Positions 25,284 through 34,760 of a stretch of DNA of 34,760 bases are shown one piece after another. The stretch is from NCBI GenBank assembly GCA_023231475.1, contig JALJEE010003057.1, positions 124,001 through 158,760 on the forward strand, read 5' to 3'. A model generated the notes under the pieces. That model saw only the letters and a list, made by a program, of their open reading frames with translations. It did not search any database and had not been told where the DNA came from. Both the position numbers and the translations under genes were made by a program. Source of the DNA: Seison nebaliae. Its lineage: Eukaryota. Positions within the stretch are counted from its first letter, which is position 1. Each line of letters starts with the position of its first letter.

Positions 25284-26383
25284 TTAAAAGAAGTTTCTAC
25301 CATTTCCATGATTATTTCCGTTACCGTTATTCATGGACATACCATTGTTTGACATTGATTCAATTTGTAATGAATCCGAATTCATTCCATTGCCATTATT
25401 ACCACCCAAATAATGAGAAGGATTACGACGATTTGATGGCCAGAAAGCTGATGGCATGGAATGATCAACTGATGGCATATCGTACGCATGAGGCATATTT
25501 GGTGGATAATCTGATGGATTCATATTCGGAATATTCGGATAATCATACATGTTAGAATTATGCATTCGATTCCTATAAAGAAAATATTTAGATGGTTTTC
25601 TTGATGGAAATTCAAACATGAAATTTGTGTCATTGGTATGATTGAGATTGCCATGTAACATCGGATATGATTCGTTGATTCCATAAATTCCATTCATGGT
25701 TGAATTATCACCGCTGGGATTATGGGATGTAGTATGAGGATTCAAATTGAGAGAACCAAAATCCTGAGCTAGATTTGGTTTCGGTCGTCCTGAAATTATT
25801 TGAAATTAAAATATTTTGGAAAATTTCAATTTAATAAAATTTAACGATGAGGTAAATTTGAGTCACCCCAACAAGGACCTGATGAAAAGTTGTCATTCGC
25901 ATGATCATCAGGCATAACATCGTTGTAATAAACGGGATTGACACGATCGTTGTACATCGTCTAAAGATGGAATGATTAACGATGGAAAATAATCATATTA
26001 ATTTAACATTTCTCGCCCAATCATCATTTTCCATATGTCGATATTGAGTTGACATTGGCGTTTCTTCACCATATGCAAAATTCATATTGTTCGATATATC
26101 ACCATTTCCACCATTCATACCACCGTTTGGAGAATAACCGCCACCATCTTTTGACAGATAAGAACCTAATCGACTTTTATTAAATCTGTTAACTGGTCGT
26201 CGATTATTATGAGTTTTCATTGACGGATCATACATTGACGGTTCCACCGGTTTATTTCTGGGATACATTACCGACGGGTTTCCATGGGAACCATATGGAT
26301 GAGATGAATTGTGTGCTTGTGGTGGTATAACATTATGAGGGAGACGTCCCATATATGAATTATTGGGATTGTTACTAGTGCTC

Positions 26384-26415
<32 letters not shown>

Positions 26416-28047
26416 GTCAATGATTGGTGGTGGATATCGAACATCTGCACCTAATGCATTCATTTGATTCATGGAATTGAAAGCGCCATATGATGGACGA
26501 TGTGTTGTTGATCTCATTGCATTCTGTTCATATAAAGTAGATGTTGCTGATGGCGTATTATAAACGTTGCTATTAGTAATCGTATTACCACTACTGCCAT
26601 TGATGGTTGATTGGGAGGAGGTGTTATTAGCATCACCTTCCAAATGACATAAATTTACTAATTGTGTCTGCAATTCTTTCATTCGACTACAAGCATTTGT
26701 ATATTCTTTCCCATCATTAGCTGATGAATAATTACTTTTCATCTTCTTATAAGCACGACGTGCTTTTTGTGAATTACCAATTAATTCACTAATGATCGTT
26801 ATACCATCCGCTCTCAATGGGAGATAGAGAACTTTGTCTGTTAGAACTCCATCCTCCAAATCTAAATGGATATATCTCAATATCTCTTGTTCACTCGCTT
26901 CACCCATTTTCGAATATTGATTATAATGTTTCGTTATCTCTTTCACATTCTTCATCTTATGATCTTCCGGCAACTAAAAGAATTATTTGAATAATTAATA
27001 TGAAATTATTTCGAAAAATGTTGACAAGACAAATTGTTTTTTTTGGACAAAGAAAAACATTCAGAAGCTTCCAACAAAGATGAAAATGATAAACTGTCAC
27101 TAAACACAGGAAAACGAGTGTAAATTGTTACGAAGTGAAAGGAAAAGCGATTTAATAAAAAGAATACCGATTCTTTGGAATCATCAAATGGAAAAGTTTC
27201 CAGATTAAGAGAAATATTCGAATTATCATTATCCTCTGCCTAACGTATTCCCAATTGTACAAATTGAAAATGATGAGAAAATGAATGAGAAAAAAATACT
27301 GACAATTTTCCAAGAATGTTCCAAATTGGAAGTTAACTAAAAAATTATCAAATTGAAAAAAAGAGAAAAATTAAATGGAATAACATTTAATAAATCCATT
27401 CGACGATTGTCTTTCATATCCATATTGTCCATATAACTGTTAGTGAGAGGTTGGAAGTGTTTAGGAGAGATGGAGGAAGTCAGTTCGATTTTACTTGTCG
27501 TTGTATCGATCAACGATTGATCGGTGGGTAATTGAAATAAATTTCTCGAATTATTATTCTCATATGTTGAAATATTTTTTCGCATATTATTCGAGAATGT
27601 GGAGTCGATTCCTTTGACGTCGCCGATCAAGTCCACACTCTCAATTCGATTATCTTTGTTCTTATTCCCATAATTGGTCAACAACGATGTTGGTGGCGTT
27701 TCATCAATCGGATGGATGTTGGAAGTAGTTGAATTGACATTGGTACTTTTCGGTTCTTGAAGGAAACGATTAAGATTCCATCGTTTCATTTTCCCATTCT
27801 GAACATTCGGATCACCCCAAATCGAAGTACCATTATCATGATTATTGTTGATTTGAGAGATGGTAGTCACAATCTCCTCCTCACAATCCCAACCAGAAAC
27901 GTTAACTGTGAAATCTGGCATCAATTCTCCTAAAGTCGGATTCTCGGATGATGATCTGGAACGGCTTTTTCCTCTCGAATCACGTTGTTGACGTTCGCTA
28001 CGTGATCGCGAATAACCGGCTACCGGCAATGCTACTGCTGTTGCCAT
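25284..28047 (-). CDS. Divergent GW182/TNRC6 (Gawky)-like miRNA effector, ~770-785 aa, 6-7 exons
   Basis: Argonaute-hook-like motif SGWD-x17-DNGTSIWGDP-x9-W and an M-domain-like segment (ILRYIHLDLEDGVLTDKVLYLPLRADGITIISELI...MKELQTQL), embedded in N/P/M/Y-rich low-complexity sequence. The three long ORFs join through short introns. The small internal exons near 27170-27335 are less certain. Confidence 0.65.
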
Positions 28048-29784
28048 TCTTAAGTGAATGTGATCATTCACCAATAAAGAATGAAGAAAGAATTCTATAA
28101 ATAACTAAAAAAAAATTGAATATAATCAATGTAGAATAAATTTCCTCTCGAAAAAACAATTGAATGTGATGAGAAAGAATTAAAGGAAAATAATAAAGAA
28201 AAAATTCGATGAGATTCATAGAATGAAAAAAAAAAGGAATTAGTAGAATAATTGGAAGAGAAGATTATGCAACCTATATGGAAATGTCAACAAATTCATT
28301 AAATTCATCTCTTCTCAAATACATATCAATTTGCAGATATATCTCATACAAATTCCATTATCGTACATATTTGTTTTGGGGGGGAGAGGGAAAGAGATAA
28401 ACATCTCAACATTCTCCTACCATTCTCCTAACTTATCAACAATTATTCTAATTTTTAAATTTTTAGCTTCATCTTTCCTCTCATCAAATCACTCAACCTA
28501 TTCCATATTTCCTTTAATTCTTTTCCATACACTACAACTTAATCATTGGAACATATTAACAACACAATTTCTCATTTTAACATCAGTTTCATTTCGTGAA
28601 AAATTTCCACAATTTCTACGTATCAATCCAAATTGAATAACGATTTAATAAAATTGAAAATAATTTGATAAATTACTTAACTATTGTATTAATTGTATTG
28701 ATTTACATTGTAAGATAAAATATCTGCAAGTTGAATTCTGATGAATTATTTGTCTGATGACATTGGAAATGATTGAACAGTTTCCAAAATATGGATAAGA
28801 AATTTGAACTTTGTATTTAACACGAGGAGATCGAGATGTGGCATTTACTAATAATTTAATAATGTGAGAAGGAAGTTGAAGAAATTTTATTTATTTGATT
28901 TAATAATAATTTGAACGAAAATTTTAAAATCTTCTCTAATATCCAATCTTCTTCACTTCCCTATTATTATTAAACTGTAATCAATCTTTCATTCAATCAA
29001 TCAAGAGGAGAAACAATTATAAGTTTATTAGAGTATTATCAGTTTGCCAATTGTCCATCGTTCGTTATTTATATTTACGTAAGTTCTGGTCCGCCTTTAC
29101 AAGATTCAGTCTTTAATGTTCCGCATGAAACGGATGTGCAACCTTGGTGTTAATTTGTTTTCCTTAATTTGTTGAATGAATGAAAATGTTAGAATTAGAA
29201 TAATGGGAGGAGTATTTGCTAAAATGAACAAGAAAGAAATAATATAAAGTTATTTCTAGAAGACTTACGGGAATATGCTCGAGTACAATTCTTCCTCTTC
29301 ATAGCCACTCTTCAATTTCCGTCGATATTGGGAACATAATGGAATGAATGGTCTTTCTCATTTGGTGAAAGGTCAAATCATTTTAGTTTTGAGAATGAAT
29401 TCCAAAGGAAGGAGGAGTATGACGGAAGAGAATAATTAAAAAAATGAGCTGAAATTATTAGTTTCTTACTTATTATATGTAAGGAGGAGAGGAGAATTCA
29501 TTGAGATAGATAAATACATTTTCCTCAATGTATCTACCGTAAAATGTGAATGTAAATGTAAATGTAAATAAAATTTTGAGAGATTTGAAATAAAAAGAAT
29601 CCAAACTCTAACAATCATTAGATAAGTGGCAAATCTAAATTTATCATTTATCAATGTCATCCATCTTATGATTAATATATTATGATGAGAAATAAATTAT
29701 TAATAATTTAATTTGTAATTAATTAAATTTAATTAAATTTTTCATTCTTCTCTTCCATTTAGAAATCGTATTTATTACCAGTAA

Positions 29785-32391
29785 ATGGAAAAAAGATGTC
29801 TTTTATTCAACATTGTTTCAGTATTCATTTTGTTGAGTGATGTGGCAATCGGTCAATCGATTCTCACATTCGAACCTGACCAAAAATCGAAATATGTCGT
29901 CGAATATTCGGACGGACATTTCCAAGTGACATCAAGAAAATCGTTCATTTTAAACGTTTTCATCACCGATTATAATGGAAGTGATTCCATACCGATGATC
30001 TTGACGAAAAGAAAACAGATATTATCAAACCGATCTTGTAACACTAATGGCGATGGAATCGATGGTAATTTGAAAAGAATCGGAAAAAATAAATATCAAA
30101 CCGATTTATATTTTTATGATATTGGCGATTATTATTTTTGTTTGGATGTCTCGTCAGATGGAGAATATCGTTACGAAAATAATGAAATGTTTTTGAGTGT
30201 GGTAAAAGAGAAGAAGAGATTAATGCCAATTTGGATTCAAATAATTTTACTTTGTCTACTCCTTTGTCTCTCAGCGTTGTTCAGTGGATTAAATTTGGGA
30301 TTGATGTCTTTGGACAATACGGAATTGCAAATTTTGAAAGATGTTGGAACTGATGCAGAAAGGAAATATGCAAAGAAAATTATTCCTTTAAGACAACGTG
30401 GCAATTTTCTTTTATGTTCCATTTTGTTAGGGAACGTTCTAGTCAATTCAACTCTCACCATATTATTAGATGATATTTCATCAGGTTTATATGCAGTTAT
30501 TGCATCAACTGCATGTATCGTTATTTTTGGAGAGATCATTCCACAAGCTGTTTGTTCACGATATGGATTGATGATTGGAGCGAAGACACTTGTTATCATG
30601 AAATTTTTCATGTTAGTCACCGCCGTCATTTCTTATCCCATTTCTCGATTACTCGATGTTATTTTGGGAGAAGAAATTGGATGTGTTTATTCGAGAGAGA
30701 AATTACGATGTCTTTTACGATACACCAAAGATCGAATGGATGTTAAAGATCGAGAATTAGAGATAATGCAAGGTGCATTGGAATTGACGAAGAAAACGGT
30801 CGGTTCCATCATGAAATCCATCGAAACGGTTTATATGTTAGAATGGCAAGATCGATTGGATTTCAGTTGTATCACCGAAATCATTAAACAAGGATATACT
30901 CGTGTTCCAATTTTCAGAGATGATCGAAAAAATATTGTCAGTTTGTTAAATGTAAAAGATTTGGCATTGATCGATCCTGAAGATCGAATAACTGTAGAGA
31001 ATTATTGTAATTATTATAAACATGATTTCGAACGTTGTGATATCGACAAACCATTAGATTCATTATTAGATGATTTTAGAAAGGGAGGATGTCATATGTG
31101 TATTGTAACGAAAGTGTTCAATGAAGATCCAGATCGTGATCCGTTTATGGAAGTGGTCGGTTTAGTAACATTGGAAGATGTGATTGAATCGATATTTCAT
31201 TTAGATATATTTGATGAATATGATCAGAATGAGAAAGAAGGGAAATTATTAGCATTTACTGGTCGACAGAATTCGGCGAAAACTGGAAATATTCATGCGT
31301 GGTGGAAAGTGGATGATCTCAATCAATCACATATTCCATCATCTTTAGCATATGCGGCGATGATGTTCCTCTCTCAACAAATAGAATTATTCAAACCTGA
31401 TATCATTCTTCAACAAATGTTACTTCGTCTTATTCAATTTTGTTTCATTGATTTCCGACCACGAGATCTAATCGGACGTTGTCTTGATGATGCGACGACA
31501 GATAAAGCAACAATCGATCCAATCGCTGGCGATGAGAAGACTTTAGAAGAGGAGAAACATTACATTTATAAGAATGGAGTATCAGCTGATTATTTCGTAT
31601 TGATATTAGCTGGATCAGCAGAAATTGAAACGAATGGAATGAAATTTCAAGTAACTCCATTCCAATATTTTGGAGAGGAAGCATTGACACATGTCTGTGA
31701 TGATGAGAGTATTTCAAACGATATATTTTCAATTGATGTAACAAAAAAACAATTTTTACCAACTTTCACTATTTATGGAAAGACTTCACATTTACAATAT
31801 ATTCGAATTCATAAACAACAATATTTTAATGCTTTACATTTCTCTCATTTGAGACGTGGTGCACCACGAGAAGATGGTGATACAGACATCAATTTCACGA
31901 ACAACAACAACAACAACAACAACAATAATAATAATAATAATAATATTAATCATATGAATTATGATATGATAATGAAACCATCAACTCAAATGAAAGAGAA
32001 TGATAATGTTTCAATAAAATCCTTACAGAATATTAGCAAGACGAATAGTTATTGGAGGAAGTTGCAACCTCCATTCCATCCAATCATTCGTCAACAATTT
32101 CAACGTTCCGACAAAATCCATAAACAAAAATCACCAGATAGTTCGACGATATCACCGAAAAAAATAACTGACGATATTATATTGCCAGGACGACGTTCGA
32201 GAAAAGGCAGTCAATTGACAATTGAACGTTCGGATAATTCAACGCCATTACCACCACTCATCACGCCATCCAAAAGAGAAAAATTGAGATTAAATGATAA
32301 CAAATCTCCTTTGACGACCGTTGCATCAGCAACCGCGTTAAATGTGTCTGATGAAGCAAAAGAGAGATTACTTTCTGATAGAACAGAATAA
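29785..32391 (+). CDS. CNNM: CNNM family metal (Mg2+) transporter (CNNM2/unextended-like), intronless, 868 aa
   Basis: Signal peptide; DUF21 motifs LSALFSGLNLGLMSLD, LLCSILLGNVLVN and IVIFGEIIPQAVCSRYGL; CBS pair (GYTRVPIF, GLVTLEDVIESI); cyclic-nucleotide-binding homology region (ADYFVLILAG...FQYFG). Confidence 0.96.
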   Translation: MEKRCLLFNIVSVFILLSDVAIGQSILTFEPDQKSKYVVEYSDGHFQVTSRKSFILNVFITDYNGSDSIPMILTKRKQILSNRSCNTNGDGIDGNLKRIGKNKYQTDLYFYDIGDYYFCLDVSSDGEYRYENNEMFLSVVKEKKRLMPIWIQIILLCLLLCLSALFSGLNLGLMSLDNTELQILKDVGTDAERKYAKKIIPLRQRGNFLLCSILLGNVLVNSTLTILLDDISSGLYAVIASTACIVIFGEIIPQAVCSRYGLMIGAKTLVIMKFFMLVTAVISYPISRLLDVILGEEIGCVYSREKLRCLLRYTKDRMDVKDRELEIMQGALELTKKTVGSIMKSIETVYMLEWQDRLDFSCITEIIKQGYTRVPIFRDDRKNIVSLLNVKDLALIDPEDRITVENYCNYYKHDFERCDIDKPLDSLLDDFRKGGCHMCIVTKVFNEDPDRDPFMEVVGLVTLEDVIESIFHLDIFDEYDQNEKEGKLLAFTGRQNSAKTGNIHAWWKVDDLNQSHIPSSLAYAAMMFLSQQIELFKPDIILQQMLLRLIQFCFIDFRPRDLIGRCLDDATTDKATIDPIAGDEKTLEEEKHYIYKNGVSADYFVLILAGSAEIETNGMKFQVTPFQYFGEEALTHVCDDESISNDIFSIDVTKKQFLPTFTIYGKTSHLQYIRIHKQQYFNALHFSHLRRGAPREDGDTDINFTNNNNNNNNNNNNNNNINHMNYDMIMKPSTQMKENDNVSIKSLQNISKTNSYWRKLQPPFHPIIRQQFQRSDKIHKQKSPDSSTISPKKITDDIILPGRRSRKGSQLTIERSDNSTPLPPLITPSKREKLRLNDNKSPLTTVASATALNVSDEAKERLLSDRTE
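31900..31944 (+). repeat. Coding (AAC)n(AAT)n microsatellite giving poly-Asn in CNNM
   Basis: Read directly. Similar coding tracts occur in STX5 (poly-Gln, poly-Thr) and the GW182-like gene (poly-Asn). Confidence 0.9.
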
Positions 32392-32908
32392 TTGATGAGA
32401 TTAATCTCATCATAATTAAGTTCCTCCATGAACATCATTTTCGATTTAGCTTTTAACAGGCTTCTCTTTCCGTTTTTTATAGTTATGTTTATTATTCTTG
32501 TTGTTTCATTTTTCCGAAAACATTTCCGCAACATCATTTTCTATTTGTTTTTTCTTTTTTTTTTCCTTTTTTTGAAGATATAGATAAGCACAGTGAATAT
32601 TTTTTTGGAGAGATTCGAAGAATTAATTTTTCAAATCTTTTCCGGTTCTCCGGTATACATTTCCATCGTTTCATCCATTTCATTGTCATATTTCATATCT
32701 CTTTCACAATTCGATTATTCGGATGGTGGAGTTATGTGAATAGTTGAATAGATATTTTTTTCATTGATACTGTTACCGATTGAAATGACGCATTTATTAA
32801 AGACGTTTACTTATTCTTTCCAACAATATTAATTATTTTCATCAAAAACTTTCATTTCCATATTAACTAAAAACATTTTATTTTCTTCTTGTCATTATTA
32901 AACAATAG

Positions 32909-33717
32909 ATGAGTTTTAATACAGCACTCCATCCCCAATCTAATGGTATTATTCTATTCAATGGTGAGGTCATCATCATTTATTATGATGGAGTAAAATT
33001 CAATTTGAAGGGCAATACAGCTATACCAAATCGGACAGTCAATGGGCGTGTATTCTTGACAACACATCGAGTTCATCTTCATTCAAATTTCTTTTATATT
33101 TTCAAATTTATATTCATCAGGTCATTTTCACATCGAAGAAGAAAGATGCATTAAAATCTTTCTCGATGCCTTTCCATGTGATGAGGAATCTGGGATTGGA
33201 ACAGCCAGCATTTGGCGCAAATTATATCAAAGGAGATGTTATAGCTGAACCGAATAGTGGATGGACAGGACAAGCCAAATTCACCATGTCATTCTACAAC
33301 GGGGGAGCTATCGAATTTGGGAAAGCGATGTTAGAAGCGGGAAGACTACAATCTGCATATCGAAACACAATACCAACATCTTATAATTCTCAATATGATA
33401 ATCCATATCAACCGCCTTCTAATCAATTTACCGGAAGCAGACAAGATTATCGATGGGCTCCTTATGACAAGTTTCCAGATGCGCCTCCAGGTTCCTTCAT
33501 TTCAATTTTTCCTATTAAATTAAATTCCTATTCATTTTAAGATTATGATATTTATATGGCTCAAAATCCTCCACCATATCCCGGCGTCAATGGTATGGTT
33601 CCACAACAAAATGCTTATCAGAATGCTTCTGCTCCTCATGACATATATGTACCGGAGACACAACCACCTGCTTATAACTCACTGTCTCAACCAGTTGAAG
33701 AAAAGAAGAAAAATTAA
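32909..33717 (+). CDS. WBP2: WW domain-binding protein 2 (GRAM domain plus PPxY motifs); 3 exons
   Basis: GRVFLTTHRVIF, SFSMPF, LEQPAFGANYIKG and FYNGGAIEFGKAML, followed by PPPYPG and PPAY. Introns are GTTCAT...CAG and GTTCCT...AAG. Confidence 0.93.
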
Positions 33718-34577
33718 TTGGTTTTATTTATTACAAATTATTTCATATGTCGTCATTAATCAATCAATCTTATTATTATTATTTTATTAATTCAATTAAT
33801 ATGAACAAAAAGAACAATAAATTTCAAGAGTTTTTCTTTCATTTATTATTCTTTTCATTCAAAATTTCATCTTCCATTTATCGAATTATCGTAAATTGGG
33901 AAGTTGATGGAAATTATTAAAAATTATACTTTATTATAAAAATAACCGTTCTGTTTATCCGTGGATGTTTATCATTCTCATCCTCATTATTCTCTTCGTT
34001 TCCATCTTCGATATCGTTCTCTTCTTCATCATTTACCTCAAATTTTTATTTGTTCGATGGTAATATTTGATGATAAACCATCTGCATTTGAGATGCGAAA
34101 TTCTGTTGGTAGCTGTTTAATGAATGTGTCACCATATGTTTGCGTTCTTTCCCTCAATTCGTTCAACTATGTTTCATTATATTTTACACGATTGTACTCC
34201 TTGATTTTCGAAATATTTTTTAGTCATTTGGAATTATCTATCTGATACACATCGTTTGAAATCATTTCGATGATTCTCCTTTTCGTTTTTTTTACCGATT
34301 TTCCAATTTTTTTCAATAATCATCAATCATAATTACTTGATTCTCTATTAATTGTTTTATGTTGTCAGCTGTAATATGGTTCTTGTCGATTCTTGTTTCT
34401 TTTTTCCATTTCGATTACCTGTTTGTAGAGATTTTGCATATTACCGTTCTCGTGATGTCGACAGTACCTGATTCCCAACGGAGAAAAACCAGTTGTAGAA
34501 TTTAGTATCAATGTCATGAGAATTGACGACCGAGGAATCGGTGGTAAATTTAAATCAGAAAATGTAAAAGAAAAATT

Positions 34578-34579
<2 letters not shown>

Positions 34580-34610
<31 letters not shown>

Positions 34611-34659
34611 CCAAAAACCCCGGGGGGTAAATTTTAAAAAATAAAATCCCCTCGGGGTT
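34580..34659. repeat. 29-nt poly(T) run next to a GC-rich inverted repeat
   Basis: T29 at 34580-34608. Arms AACCCCGGGGGG (34616-34627) and CCCCTCGGGGTT (34648-34659), with an inner ATTTTA/TAAAAT pair. Confidence 0.7.
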
Positions 34660-34760
34660 AGTTAAAAAGAAAATAAGATATATTACTGTACAAATTGTCA
34701 GTGATAAGCTTTCTTCCAATTCCAACGTATACACAATGTGAGAGCTTCTCGTCGCCTCTC

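Noticed and set aside
25573..25617. FEFPSRKPSKY in the GW182-like gene, resembling the PAM2 motif EFxPGKPWK
   Set aside because: It lacks the key Trp and lies exactly within a 45-nt GTTTGA...TTTATAG segment that looks like a typical in-frame intron of this genome. Transcript data would decide.
30044..32537. Antisense and alternate-frame ORFs within CNNM
   Set aside because: Shadows of a well-conserved gene.
34685..34760. Minus-strand peptide EATRSSHIVYTLELEE, faintly like the kinesin switch I motif
   Set aside because: It does not match SSRSH, is too short, and is cut by the window edge.
1..34760. Alternative genetic code, non-GT-AG introns, snRNA/tRNA/rRNA genes, CRISPR or prokaryotic systems
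   Set aside because: Conserved proteins translate correctly with the standard code, and every frame break in the recognised genes resolves with a GT-AG intron. I saw no U1 5' end, tRNA, rRNA or repeat-spacer array by eye, but a covariance-model scan is needed to exclude small RNAs.

Overview
AT-rich, gene-dense animal (metazoan) nuclear DNA using the standard genetic code; the species cannot be identified from this window. Hand splicing gives, left to right: the 3' part of SMU1 (+); a ~2,000-aa secreted Kazal + ~27 VWC-repeat protein (-, 19 exons); an orphan type I membrane protein (-); a GPI-anchored Ly6/three-finger protein (+); syntaxin-5 (-); PDE9 (-, 16 exons); WDR60/DYNC2I1 (+, 15 exons, with an RFX X-box); a Pmp3/UPF0057 proteolipid (-); a highly reduced GW182/TNRC6-like gene (-); an intronless CNNM (+); and WBP2 (+). 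The strongest signal is in the splice sites. Of 54 introns I placed by reading frame and homology, 48 begin GTT and none begins GTAAG or GTGAG. The four long introns use GTTAGT (three) or GTTCGT (one). This points to a shifted 5' splice-site code and predicts a variant U1 snRNA or altered donor-recognition proteins. All gene models are manual and have no transcript support, and protein identities rest on recalled family motifs rather than database searches.
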